A stretch of 62,803 nt of DNA, the filler included, from Guillardia theta CCMP2712 (lineage: Eukaryota; Protista; Cryptophyta): assembly GCF_000315625.1 (NCBI RefSeq). It is 4 parts of 4 records of this genome, joined end to end, with 100 filler letters (N's around TTAATTAATTAA, not from the genome) between each part and the next. Parts side by side here need not be neighbours in the genome. Positions count along the whole stretch, not along the records: positions 1 to 25,638 come from NW_005434606.1; positions 25,739 to 55,022 come from NW_005434445.1; 2 more parts are not named here. The stretch is one strand, 5' to 3'. The position numbers were made by a program, and so were the translations under genes. How positions within the stretch are numbered: the stretch's first letter is position 1; the number at the start of each line of letters is the position of its first letter. Below the pieces are notes generated by a model. The model had not been told where the DNA came from. It searched no databases and saw nothing but the letters and a program-made list of their open reading frames with translations. This document shows, piece by piece, positions 21,410 through 44,549 of the stretch.

Positions 21410-21680
21410 ACCGCCGGGGCGGGGGCCCGGGGGCCGGACCGCGGGCCGCTGCGGCCCGGCGGGGGGGCGTCGGGGGGGCTGTGCACTTCAATGCCAACTT
21501 GCCTTGAATTGGATCAAATCACTGAATGAGTATCGAGGATGAGTAGAACTTTACTAAGAATGGTGACCGTCGGACTCGAGCGCGGCGGCGGGGGGCGCCC
21601 GCCGGGCCCGCGCTAAAAGGCACAGCGGCGCCCTGCCTTTCTCGCAAGTTTATCGACAGCGCCGTCACGGCCCCGCTGTT
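21410..21680. promoter_or_regulatory. GC/CpG-rich island between divergently oriented genes
   Basis: Very GC-rich palindromic runs (CCGGGGCC, GGGGCCCGGG) lie between the minus-strand coiled-coil gene start and the plus-strand RNB gene. Function is inferred. Confidence 0.4.
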
Positions 21681-22399
21681 TTCTGTGATGGCTCGCTGCT
21701 AGCCTAGTAGAGGCCTGGGTGATGGAATGAACAAGTTCGCCCCAGAATAAGATACTAGCCTAGTAGGGGCAGCACAACCTGACCAGCTCCGCGTCATGCA
21801 GCCATTCTGAGGCTCTAACTTTGCAGTTGTCTATATATGATTCTGGGGCGGACTGTCAAGGTCTATTGTTATCCCAGCTAAGATTTATTGAGTAAAACCC
21901 AATTTTGATGCTGATGGCCGCACCTATGGTCAGTCGTGCCGATGCGGACAGACCTGGTGACCATGGCGGCCATGGCGATGATGGCTGCGATGTTGATGAT
22001 GGCTGCGATGTTGATGATGGCTGCGATGTTGATGATGGCTGTGATGGCGATCACGGCGATCATGGCAGTTTTGGGGACCTTTTCATCTGCCTTCGATGAC
22101 TGATCTGAACCGTGAAGAATTCATTTATCTGAACCAGTAGCAGTTGTCTTTTTTTGGTTCATAGCACGCTGGTTTATTCGCTGCTGTAGATGATGGTGTA
22201 GTCTACAGAATTCTTAGTAGTCTAGTAGAGCTCCTTTCAGTCCTCTTCCTCGCTTTCGCTGCCACGTTGACTCTGCTCTGCTGCTATCGCTCGAGAGATT
22301 TGAAGGAATGATTATTCCATGTCTTGGCTGAACCTCTTTCCTACAGACACAAGTGCGTACAGGGAGCATCGTCGAATGATGTCCTCGGACTTCAAGTTT

Positions 22400-24826
22400 G
22401 TTGGTATGCTTGCATTTGCGCTCACCCCGGGCTCCTGACGCGAGCTGCCAGTGATCCGCTTCGACAGCCCCAATCGAATCGGTAGTGTAGGAGAGGATAG
22501 TTCTTTGAACTAACCACCCCTCTTCCCTCCCCCTAGGGCGCTTTGGGGTCCCATGTACCATCCTGTTCGAGCAGGTTTCAGCTGGGAAAGGTTTCACATG
22601 GCGCTTGACGACGGTGTTCAGGGGCAGCAATGTGTTGTCCAGACCAAGAAAGACACCAAACTGAACCACTGGGGGAAGGTGTGAATGTTTCCAGGCGATC
22701 ACTGCACCCTCACAGTCTGGCAGGTGAAGATCCTGGATGGAGATGCTCAGGGATCGGACGGGACTGGAGGAGGCAACAGCAAAATGTGACTCTTACCCGA
22801 CTGCCGGTCCTGCCGCTAACGATCTTGTTCAAAGGCATCAAGCAGAGATCGTCGAGATATACGGGCCGGTAACCCTTCTATCCTTGCCTTCCCTCTCCTC
22901 CCTCTCGCCTGCTCTACCCCGAGACGCTTCTCTGAACCTCCCTGGTCGCTCTTGTGACGGGACTGCTAGGTTGGGAATTTTGAGGTCGAGCTTCTAGTGT
23001 ATCAGAACTTCTTCGGCGTCCTCCCCTCACGGTAGATGTTTGTGTCCACAAGGTGGAGCTCGTGAGACCTGAAGGCAGGTACCCTGAGCCCTCGTCTTGG
23101 AAGTTGAGAAGCGAGGACGAAGAATCCTCCAGCGTCCCCCGTGAAGACTGCACCAACTTGTTCGTGTTCTCCATCGACAACGCCTCCACAAGGGACATCG
23201 ATGGTGATCGCTCCTACCTCATCAGGCAGTGACCACAACCGCTGAAGCTTCTCCTCCTAGATGCTCTCTCCGTGGAGTTTGACGACGAGCCGTCCGCCGA
23301 GCATGTGGAAAGTGACTTCAACGCTCTGCAGCTCGAGCAGGAGGAGGTGCAGCAGGGGGAATGGAGCTGCCAGGTCTGCACGTTCTTGAATGAGAGCGGC
23401 GCGGTTCAGTGCAGCATGTGCGAGACCAAGAGGAGCTTGCTGGCCGGGCCGGCCGATGTGCCCCTGGTGTCGGGGAACTGCAAGCTGGGGATTCATGTGT
23501 CGGACGTGGCGTCGAGGATAGGAGGAGAGTCTGGCCTGTTCTCGTGGGCTAAGGAAAGGGCTTCTTCGGCCTACCATCATGGTCCTGTGGATGATGGTGA
23601 GAGAAATGGAGGGAGGGAGGGAGGGAGTGAGCTAGTGAGTGAGTGAGGGAGTGAGGGAGCGGGGGATCACGAGGACAAGGAAGGGGCCATCGACTGCCAC
23701 CATTCCCGCATTTTGGCTGGTTGGCAATCGTGTGGGTGCGATGAAAGGGAGGGAGTAGAGAAGACGGATCATGGCGAGAGGGCTTGAGAGAATGAGAGTT
23801 GACGCTCTGTGAAGGCTCGAAGGATGGTTCAGTTCCGATGCTCCCGCCCACCCTTGCCCATGGTGTTCTTTCCCTAAACGAGGGGCAGGTGCCGATGAAA
23901 TTTCTTGTTCTTGACTACCTTCCCCTGCCCTGTATTTGTTGGGTTCGGTCTGAATCTCCCACTTGATCTATGATGTTCTTGTTCTCCTGTTCCACTGTAC
24001 TGTCGACTGTTTGCGTTGCCATCCATAAAGATTTGCCCTCTCGATGGCTGAAGTGCACCAGGTGAGGCCTGCAGTGACCTTGTGGCTGGAGATTAAGGAC
24101 TTCAAAGTTGTGAGGAGGTGAGGGCACGCCGTCGATGGTCCTCCTCCTCCTCTTCCTCCTCCTCCTCCTCCTCCTCCACCACCACCACCACCACCACCTC
24201 CTCCTCCTCCACCACCACCACCACCACCACCACCACCTCCTCCTCCTCTCCTCTTTCCCTTCCTCGCGCGCTTCCCTTTCCCCTTACCCTTTGTCCTCCC
24301 CTATGTCCTCTTCCTCCCCTACGTCCTCCCTTCCGTGCACCCTTTTCTCCTCCTTAGCCGTCAATACCACTGCCGCGGAATGGGCTAACTTTATCGTCTC
24401 TCCTCTTTTTCTCCTCCTCGTCCTCGTCCTCGTCCTCGTCCTCCTCGTCCTCGTCCTCCGCGAGTATCCGATCATTCGCTCCCTCCGCGAGTATCCGATC
24501 ATTCGCTCCCTAGTCTCTTCCCTCCGATCGTTCGCATGTGCCCACCCTGACCACCGGCGAGCATCACAGGAGGAAGTGCTGACTCGAAGTCGCAGGTGGC
24601 ATACCCGCACCTACATCAGGAACAGACTTGCAACAACATATGCGCTGTTCGAAGCTGAGACAGACCAATATTTCTCAAAGATCCGAGCGATCCTCAAGAA
24701 GACCTCGGGCGCGCAGGTGATGCTCCGAGGTCGCCATGTGTTCGTCACAATGGCTCCCTGGACAGGCGGCGGAGGATGTTGTTGCATGGACGATGATCGA
24801 ATACAACTCATACTTCGGTGAGGATG

Positions 24827-24859
<33 letters not shown>

Positions 24860-24866
24860 GTGATGG

Positions 24867-24897
<31 letters not shown>

Positions 24898-25072
24898 AGT
24901 AGTGATGATTATGATGATGATGACGACGACGACGAGGAGAGCGATTGTGACATGGATGAATCCAAACTTGTGGTTGCTTTTGAAGGGTCTTTGTCAAAGA
25001 GGGAGAATGGAAGGATTGGAAGGATGGGAAGAACATGTGAAGGAAGGGTGGGAGGATCAGAGCTACAATGAT

Positions 25073-25137
<65 letters not shown>

Positions 25138-25438
25138 TGACAACAACTTTGTGGTTCTGAGCAGATGTTCCCTGACTGATGCCGAACGCAGGTCACCTGC
25201 TTGCGGAGAAGTCGAGAACGTCCGAGCAGGAGCAGGGGATACTTCGAGTCCAAAAGGATCCCGAGAAGGTTTTCCTGTTGTGAGGATGCGACGGATTTGA
25301 GACAGTCTGCTGCAGTCTGCCGTCTACGAGTTTGTAAGGAAGGATGGGCAGGCCGAGCAAAGACATGCTCGTCTCGACGTTGCGTTTTACACCCACATGT
25401 CCTCTCCCATTCGCAGATTTGTTGATCTCTACAATCAG
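22400..25438 (+). CDS. RNase II/RNase R (RNB) family 3'-5' exoribonuclease with an inserted RanBP2/NZF zinc finger; 3' end lost at contig break
   Basis: REDCTNLFVFSIDNASTRDID/DALSVE (four catalytic Asp), LGIHVSDVA, RASSAY, VPMLPPTLAHGVLSL, FYTHMSSPIRRFVDL. The finger WSCQVCTFLNESGAVQCSMCE is at 23362-23424. Start position is uncertain. Confidence 0.85.
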
Positions 25439-25739
25439 GTCTCCTCTCCTCTCTTCTCTTCCTCTCTTCCTCTTCTCTTCCTCTCCTCTCCTCTCCTCTC
25501 TTCCTCTCCTCTCCTCTCCTCTCTTCCTCTCCTCTCCTCTCCTCTCCTCTCCTCTCCTCTCCTCTCCTCTCTTCCTCTCCTCTCCTCTCCTCTCCTCTCT
25601 TCTCCTCTCCTCTCCTCTCCTCTCCTCACCTCTCCCTTNNNNNNNNNNNNNNNNNNNNNNNNNNNNNNNNNNNNNNNNNNNNTTAATTAATTAANNNNNN
25701 NNNNNNNNNNNNNNNNNNNNNNNNNNNNNNNNNNNNNNA

Positions 25740-27736
25740 GTCTCCAGCTCCTCCACGTCCATCTATCGATCATCCCAACATCACCAATGAGGAGGAGGAG
25801 GAGGAGGAGGAGGAGGAGGAGGAGGAGGAGGAGGAGGAGGAGGAGGAGGAGGAGGAGGAGGAGGAGGAGGAGGAGGGAACTTACGACGCAGAAGGGAGCA
25901 GCGATGAGTAGGGAGTCGAGGGCGAGGTGCCAGGAGTTGCTCGCCGAATGGCAGTGAGAAATCTTCCAGACGAAGTAGGAGAACTTGCGGTAGCACTGCA
26001 TGTCGAATGCAAGCAGCGCCATGCAACCGAGGACCGCGATCTGAGGTGACGATAAGAAGTGACGAGAGGAGGAGGATCGATGAGCAGTGGGAAGGAGGGA
26101 GAGAAACGGACCTGATGGGGGAAAGAGGAGGGGGGGGGGCAGTACGAAACGTGGTTCGGGGAGATGGGGGGAGGGGGAGAAAAAGGAGGAGGAGAAAGAT
26201 AAAAATACTTGATCTGGAATCTGTAGGTTCCCGAGGATACCTTCCACTCTTGAAAGGATCTGAATTCGCTCCTGTTAGTTGCTCTTGCATGTTTTGAGCA
26301 GAAGCAAGTAAGCAAGTAATGAGATGTGATAGGGGACCAATTGAGGAGTTGGCAGGGGGAGGAGGGGGTGTGCGAGGGTGCTGTGGTAGTGAACGAGAGC
26401 ATCTACCGCAAAAACTTCACTTCGGCCTCCCCAAGGTAGAACTCGAGGGCACGTTGCCTCGGGGGCCTCGTCAAGTTCGCTGAAGGAGTCGGAGTCGAGC
26501 CCGTCCAAAGTCCTCCCGCACGCGACGTAGTGAGCAAAGCGGAGCAGCGCCTGGCACTGCAGATAGTATGCCCTCCTCTTCTCGTACAGGGACGCTGCCT
26601 CCAGCAGCATGTCACCTACCTCATCCCCCCCCTGCAAGCAGCCACAGGGTCAGCAGCAGCTCACGACAGTAAGAGGAGGAGTACATCTTCTCTCTCCCTA
26701 TCCGTGCCCGACATTCTCCCCAGGTTCCCGCTGGACACCGAGGACACGCCGACGCTCGGCACAGCCTTTGGGTCGCTGCCGTTGAACAGGCTCCCATGCC
26801 GCGGCCGGCCATGCATGGAGGGAAAGGAAGTGCTCAAGCCTGCGAAGCCTTCCAGCGCTGCTGCCTGCGAAAGGAGGGGGGGGGGGGGGGGGGCAAAAAA
26901 TAGGAGGGAAAAAAAAAAAGAAGGACCTGCCCCAGTAGGTCCCCCCTGCTCCTGGAAAGCTCGATGGCATGAAAGTATCGGATCGCCGCGTCTCTGTTGC
27001 AGCCCGCCAGGAAGCTCAGGTCCGCTTGCCGCTTGCAGACTCGTCCCGGCCCCCTCTTCTGCATCACCTTCTTATCCCGAGCATCCCCTCCATCGTTTGG
27101 GGTGATGAGCCACGGCAGCTGGGCTTCTGCTGACACCACTCGCTGCTCCAGCCCGTGCAGCAGCTCGGATCCTACCGTGCGCAATACCTCCATGATGCCT
27201 TGCGGTACCTCCCTCTCCTTGCCTTCACCATCGAACTCCTCGTCGTTGACAAAGTGCAGCGTCTTCCCCACCAGCCCTCCAGCTAGGATCTCACGGTGTT
27301 CCCCGGGCTCGATGGCGATGCAGTGGACGCTGATGGCTCCCCGCCAGACGTGGCTGCTCTGCACGTCATGGAGGAACGACTCCCATGCTGACAGGAAGTC
27401 GTCTGCCTCGGGACAGTAGCAGATCCCGACGACTGCCAGCACCTGCCTGCTGGCTTGCAGCGAGTCCCAGGGGCTGTTGGAGTAGCCCACGTCCACGAAC
27501 AGGATCCGGAGCTGCCCGTAGTCTGCGAGGCCCTCGCTGAAGGGGAACGCGTGCGACGAGGCTGACGAGACCTCCGTCCGGTCAACCACCCGCACATCGA
27601 TGCTCCTCACGTCAGTCAGGACCCTCGCGTACCTCTCGAAGCGCTCAGGAGAGATTCTGCCAACGGGCATGAGCGCGACGCGGACCTGGTTGCCATCCAG
27701 CACATGCAGCGACCGCGCGCCCTCTGCTGCTGACAT
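25740..27736 (-). CDS. TRAPPC9: Trafficking protein particle complex subunit 9 (Trs120/NIBP), 5' portion
   Basis: VRVALMPVGRISPERFERY...GQLRILFV...SPWDSLQASRQVLAVVGICYCP...KRGPGRVCKRQADLSFLAG...AIELSRSRGDLLG, and later YRKFSYF, typical of the Trs120 N-terminus. Truncated at the contig gap. Confidence 0.85.
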
Positions 27737-28399
27737 GCTGCTCTGCTCCTCGTTGCGACCCCTACATCGTCGCCATCCCTCGGCAGCGCATGCCGTCAAT
27801 CATCTCCGCCCACACCGAGCCTTCTCCTGTTCTGCAACTTGTCCCGTCATGGCCTGTGGCTTGACACCATCAAGTCAGATGCGGCAAACACACCCGACAA
27901 GAGAGCTTCCTTCACATGCTGACAGAACCACACACCACACGTCTTTTCTCGCTCATTTCACTTCGCGCTGTCGCTACGTTGCTGAGGCATGCAGATCGTT
28001 GTCGAGGTTTTCCTGTGTTGATCACTCCATGGTTTCTACCTCTCCCCTTCTCTACCCTCTCACCCATCCTTTCATCGTAAAACTGCGTCTGACAGCATGC
28101 CTCCACCCAACATCTTTATCGCTTTCATGCTGCTGTTTCTCATTTCTCATGTTCACCTCCCTTGCTCTCATCATATCTCACCCCAGCTGTCCTTCAGTTC
28201 ACTCATGTCCTCTCCTGGTTTCTCCCCCTCGCTTCCTCGCTTCTCCTTCTTTGTCTTCTTCTGGTTCTGGTTCTGATTCTTTGTCTCCTCCTCCCCACCC
28301 ACCCCCCGTCTCCTCCTCCTCCTCCTCCTCCTCCTCCCTCTTCCTCCCTTTCCCCTCCTCCTGCAGTCGCAACCAACACAGCCCGCCTCACCATCCGTC

Positions 28400-28925
28400 A
28401 GCCACGGCACGGTTGCGTAAAGGCACGGTTCAAGTGCCGCGGCCCGGCCCGCCACCCCGCGCCGGGCTGCCGATCGGACCGTATCGGACAGTGCCCGTGG
28501 ACTCAGCCTACTCCGAAAGTTGCCAGTGCCAGTGCCACCGCGGGCCGCCACCGTGTGACGCACCGTCTCGTACTGATCTTTAGCTTAACTTTGAGTCAAA
28601 GTCTGAGCCTGTCACACAGGCGGGGGGCCCTGGTTCAGCGAGCTCGGCCCGGCCTGTGACAGTGCCAGGCACCGGGACGGTGCCGGTGGCCCCTGAGTCC
28701 GTCCCTGCCGTCCGAGTTCGAACTGAACTTCGGAACTCAAGTTGTGACTTGTTCAATTGATGCCGCGGGCAGTGCCGCCCTGGACCAGGTAGTCCCAGAC
28801 CCTCAGTGATTCCGCCCGGCGGGAACCCGCCACCGTCCGGCGCCAGCCGGGCCCCGGGGTCCACCCGCCGGGCCCGGTCAGCCCGATCGGACCGATGGGA
28901 CTGAAATTGATGCCGGGCCAGCTGG
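28400..28925. promoter_or_regulatory. GC/CpG-rich island containing copy 2 of the 37-bp motif (28565-28600), between divergent TRAPPC9 and GREB1-like genes
   Basis: GC-rich sequence with GATCGGA, CAGTGCC and CCGGCCC words shared with the islands at 13.0, 21.4, 44.6 and 61.2 kb. Confidence 0.45.
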
Positions 28926-29521
28926 GAATCCTTCACAAGAACCCTCGGTGTGAAGGACCACAGAAAAAGTAACCCCCACCCCCTTTTGATCAACAAACAC
29001 TGCAATCCCTGGTCAATTTCCACAAGTACCCCCCATTCCTAATGATATTCGTTGGTAAAGTACCCTGCTTTCCTCCTCATCAGACGTACTATGTACTACC
29101 CCCTACTGTCAGTACCCCTTACAAATCACTACCCACCCATGGAACACAGCCGTACGGTTTCATGGCAGACTCTAGCGAAAGCTATGGATGGGGAGGCCCG
29201 AGAAAGGAGGAAGAAAGGGAGGAGGAGGAGGAGGAGGGAGGAAAGGAGGGAGAGGAGAGAGGAGGGAAAGTGAAGTGAGAGGAAGACGAGAGAGAGGGAA
29301 AGAGGTGTATCGGCAGGGAGGGGGGATGCTTCGGAAGGATCCATAAAGTGGGGGAAAGGGACGAGCGAAGGAGCAACGAGGAGTGGTAGGTGAAGGCAAG
29401 GAGCACAAGAGAGCAGTATATGATGAAGGAGGAGAGAAGGAACAAGGAAAGAAACAAGAAAAGATCAAGTGCGGGGGCAGCCAGTTCATTAGACTTTGAG
29501 TTTGAGACAAAGTATGAAGCC

Positions 29522-40128
<10,607 letters not shown>

Positions 40129-41329
40129 GGTAGCGTGAGGGAGACAGTACAAGCACTGGCACTAGACCACGACAAAGCTCGGTTCTGCTCCTTCCTGCCA
40201 CAGTGCTGTGCTACGAGGCTCATTCCTACTCCTCATAGTACTGCGGCAGCGTCAGAGACATCCAGCAGCAAGTGAAATCTGCTGCTCACAACTTGTACGC
40301 TCACAACTTGTACGCTTCTAGCCGCATCTCCCGGGCCTCCATTAGAGAACCGCTCGAACGAGTCTGTGAGCACGGACTCTACCTCCTTATCAAGGACTCT
40401 ACTGGTCGACTTTCACCTTATCGATCGGGATCAAACACAGAAGCTCCTCTCCCTCTTTCCTTGCCTCTCTCTCCCTCCATCCCAAGCCATCCTCCCCCTC
40501 CCTTTCTCTCTTCGCTCCCCGAGCTCTCTCTCTCTCCCTCCCCCTCCTTTGCTGCCCCCTCCCACCGTCTCTCCTTCCTGCCTCCCTCTCGCTCTCACCT
40601 CTCTTGCTCCCTCCCTCTCTTGCTCTTCCTCTGGCTCCCCCTTCCCACATTTCCACCACGTCTTCTTCTTCGCTTCTCTGAGCCAGACTTGCGTTGTATT
40701 CACACTTTATTTACATCATTGCAATCTACTCGCATGCTTTCAAGCTCTATTTACATCGCTGATACCTCCTCAGCGTCATATCAGCCAGACTAGATACAAC
40801 ATTACACAAAGTCAAGATCTGTCAAGATCATGCTCTGCGCTCCTTACCGATCCATGAGCAATACTGTTGCTGCAGGTGTACATGCTTGCAAGCCCCTTCA
40901 TCACACACAGTGTGCTGGCATGTAGCCTCGTCGACGTCTTGCAGCAGCTTCTTCGTCTCCCATCAACCCTTGACGAGAGGTGTTTGATCTACTTTCGATC
41001 ACCCTGCACTTTGACAGTACGCTTCGAGTCGAGCCCATCCGATGTCCTTGTTGCTTCTCCTTCCTGTTCTGTACATGGCTGCCGCGAGTAGACGACGGTC
41101 TGCTCTGCTGATGCATCTGCAGAGCATGCGCTGCTCTTGGCTTCATCACCAGAGTCTTTTTGTCGCTGTAGCCCTCTGAGCGCATGAAGCCTCGCAGAAG
41201 TCGTAGACGGCGTCGAGCTGGCTGCTGGGAGGACAACAAGTCCACATGCATGCGAATGTTGCTAGAGGCGTCGCTGCCATGTTCAGATACTTGTAGGGTT
41301 GTTGTGTTGAAAGAAGTTGTTCAAGAAAA

Positions 41330-42757
41330 CATGGATAGGACGAGCATTCAGTCGGGTAGCGTTGTCTCGGACTTCATGAGTCGAAGCATGTCGCGGTTGG
41401 GCAGCTTTGTGAAGGAGACATTGAATGGGTCGGCAGAGCAGCGCTTTGCTACGTTGGCGGTCATGCAGTCGCAGACGTATGCTCCGTCGGAAACCGTCAT
41501 CCGTCCGGAGGCTGTCGTACGTGCGGATAGTGTTGCCAGTGGTCGTACTGCGTCTACATGGTCGGGGAGCAGGGATGAAAACGAACGAGATGATCCCGCC
41601 CTTCCCTTGAAAGCCAGTTTTCGTGACATCTTGGAAGAAAACGAGCAACTACGCCGGACATGTAGAGAGCTCAGGTCGGTGGAACAGAACAACATGGATA
41701 AGATGCACGACCTTATAAAGGCACTTGCAGAATCCCAGCGAGAGAACCGCAAGCTCGCTGAGGAGGCGGCGGAGATGCGGGCCCAGCTTTGTGAGCGGGA
41801 TCGGGAACCCGAGGTCAAGCCTACTAAGCCGAAGCATGCGGAGAATGACGGTGGTCAGATTTGCAAACTAGATCCGAAGTCGTTGCTGCAGTACAATGGC
41901 GAACAGACAATGGAGAGATCAATCGTCTCATGGATTGGGTACCTGGAAGGCAGATGTAAATTCCACCGTATTGCACGCCACAGGTGGGTAGGTGCCGAGA
42001 AACTCGAGCGTCACGTGCAGAAGCAAGGCAGGCAAGGGCCCAGGGAGACCGTTGAAGCGTGTTCTGCAAGATTCCAGGCGATGGTTACACACCTGCAGGC
42101 GTGCTACCTTGTGTCCAAGAGACCTAGTGTTGCGCTGCTTATAGAGCGACTGGGTCAAGATCATGGAAGAGAAGGCGCATTATGCTTCAGAGCCTGGTGC
42201 ACGGTTGTGAATCAGCTCACTCGATCTGGCGAAAAGTTTTTGGCAACTCGAGTTGGACGCCGCTCGAGGAAGTACACCTGTTTCATCACGAAGTTTGGGA
42301 AATATCAGTATCGAAGGATTCCTTTTGGCTTGACGGTGGACTCGGCTAATCAATTTCAGAAATTTCTCGAGAGTGTTCTTCAAGGTCTCGAGAATTGCCT
42401 ATGCTATGTCGACGATGTTTGCTTGATCAGTTATGGAAGGACATCACACATGAGGTCTTAGTTCGAACGTGACAGGCTCTGGATCGATTCCGTAAAGAGC
42501 AATTGTTTGGGAAGAAGTCGAAATGTAAGCTGTTTCACTTTGAGATTGATTTCCTCGGTTTCCACATCAGCGAGGCAGGAGTTTCGACACAAGAGAAAAC
42601 GGTACAAGCGATCGTGGATCGTACGGCACCTCAGACAGTGAAGGAACTCAAGTCGTTTTTGGGAGTGTTGTCGCACCAAAGAGCTCTTTGGTTTCTTGAC
42701 GGGATCACTTCGTGTGTCAACACTGGATCGAGAGATACTTGTAGGAAGTTTTCCTAA
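41330..42757 (+). mobile_element. Degenerate Ty3/gypsy LTR-retrotransposon remnant (gag-like coiled coil plus partial reverse transcriptase)
   Basis: TCFITKFGKYQYRRIPFGL...FQKFLESVLQGLENCLCYVDDVCL (RT YxDD), then a frameshifted KKSKCKLFHFEIDFLGFHISEAGV...PQTVKELKSFLG. Protease, RNase H, integrase and LTRs were not seen. Confidence 0.85.
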
Positions 42758-42786
42758 CACGTACTCAAAGTTGAGAGTCGGTTAAA

Positions 42787-44243
42787 TCAGAACGAGGCTC
42801 GACTCACCGTCACAGCGGCCAACTCAAGTCTAGACGTTCCCTGTGGGAACGGCATCAGATTTGAACAGAAAAAAACAAGAACAAAGAATGACAGGCTCAT
42901 ACTTGCTTGCGTCCGAGGGCAACCAGCCTCTGGAGGCAATGCACATTGTTTCTTCACGTAAAAGAATATGAACACCATGGTGCTTAAAGTGCTTATTATA
43001 TCGAAAGCCAACAAACAAACGAAGATTGGTATGATGTCACAGAATATTCCACGGTTGAAGCTGATGACGTCCACATAAAGACTGTAGATGCCCAAAAGTA
43101 GGGAGATAAAGGTGTAGCATACCCTGCATTGCCAAGGTATAGTACAACCCGCGCAGCCTTTATCATCATCCGTGGCATCATCAGCAAGTTTGGCGGAATA
43201 CACGGCACAATGAAGTAACATTTGCACAATCTCTAACCCTAAATTCCATGGCACAATGTATTGGATTGCAGCACATTCTTCATTCTTCATCAGGGTTGGG
43301 ACAACCATTCCTAGGCCTAACCCCAAGAGCAGAACAAGAGAAAATGGTTTGCCAGTGGATGCTTGCAGGAAAATGGTCGAACAGATACCCAACAATGCAA
43401 ATATGGCTGAAACCATCCTTTGAATCACATACGAGTCACGAATATTGCAATGCCCGAAACTCTCGTTCTTTGTGTCAGGCTTGAGTATGACCTTTTTGCC
43501 ATCAACTAGGGAAATTCTGTTCATCTTTTTTGGAACGCATCCACTGGAAGCTGTGTTGTGAACCCATGTAAATCTCCTCATCATACAACCATCATCCTTG
43601 CGGCACAAATGAAAATCAGAGACGTTCAACAGAAGATTATCATCAGCTTGACAGCTTTGATTGCTGCTCAAGTAACATTCGTCTCCATTCTTGCACCATA
43701 CCATAGAGTCCTGAGAGATGGATTCGTCAGAATACATTGTGCCTTCCGCTGTAGACTGACACCAAAACGAACACCCCTGCAGTACCATACCACAATCCTT
43801 TTCACACCGACATTGCTCCAGTTGTCCATCGAGTGTTCTAAAGGATGGCCATGATGCATGATAGCAAGGTAACGTGTTTTTGTCAAATTCAAAACCACAA
43901 GAGAGGACAAGCCAGCAAATGCCATAGAAGATATACATTGGAGACTATTGTTGTTGAGATAAAGATACTGCAAGTTGGAGAGCTCGTCAAAGGTTCTGTT
44001 AGTTATGCTCCGAATGCCCTTGGAATCCAAGTGCAAACTTCTGCTTTTATACCCCCACCGATCACTTCCACAGTCAACTCCACAGCTCCCCTCTTTTGAC
44101 AACAAACCCTCATCTGAAATATGGAACGTACAGTTCCCACAGCGCACACTGGCACTGCTTTTACTCTCAGCCTGTGGGCACCATGACATCCAAACCCCTT
44201 GTACTGTCCACAACACTTTGAACACTCTCAGCATTCTCGCCAT
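42787..44243 (-). pseudogene. Leucine-rich-repeat / Cys-rich ectodomain multi-pass membrane protein with one frameshift (~43880)
   Basis: LHLDSKGIRSITNRTFDELSNLQYLYLNNNSLQCISSMAFAGLSSLVVLNL continues in another frame as DKNTLPCYHAS..., then a Cys-rich segment and several hydrophobic helices. Intronless and more AT-rich than its neighbours. Confidence 0.65.
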
Positions 44244-44330
44244 GCGCCCTCTTTGACGGATCGTCCCAGCACACTACGATCAAGTTGACTACCCAACCGT
44301 TTGCGGGTGATCGCTTTATCCATTGCACCC

Positions 44331-44371
44331 TTTTACTCAAAGTTAAGTTAAAAATCAGTACGAGGACAATC
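44331..44371 (-). repeat. Copy 3 of the 37-bp dispersed motif
   Basis: Reverse complement reads GATTGTCCTCGTACTGATTTTTAACTTAACTTTGAGTAAAA, about 90 bp upstream of the LRR gene ATG. Confidence 0.75.
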
Positions 44372-44549
44372 AGGAGAGTCGAGGAGGCTTGACCTTGACA
44401 CTGCCGCACAGGCCAAACGGCGAGAAGAGAAAAGACAGCGAGAACCAAACCCAATCCTGCCTCAGTGACTGCTGTCCCCCAAACTTAAGTGATACCTTCC
44501 TAGACGGCTGAGACGGTTCACTTAACTGCACAGTGCGGCCGCCTCCGAT

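Noticed and set aside
21960-22065. 18-bp repeats encoding DDGCDV and a 27-bp intronic duplication at ~24456-24510
   Set aside because: Short local slippage duplications with no evidence of function.
25638-25738. TTAATTAATTAA palindrome embedded in N runs (also 55067-55078 and 57323-57334)
   Set aside because: Artificial contig-joining spacer with stops in all frames; not biological.
27600-28583. 327-aa plus-strand ORF
   Set aside because: Low-complexity promoter-region read-through overlapping TRAPPC9 antisense.
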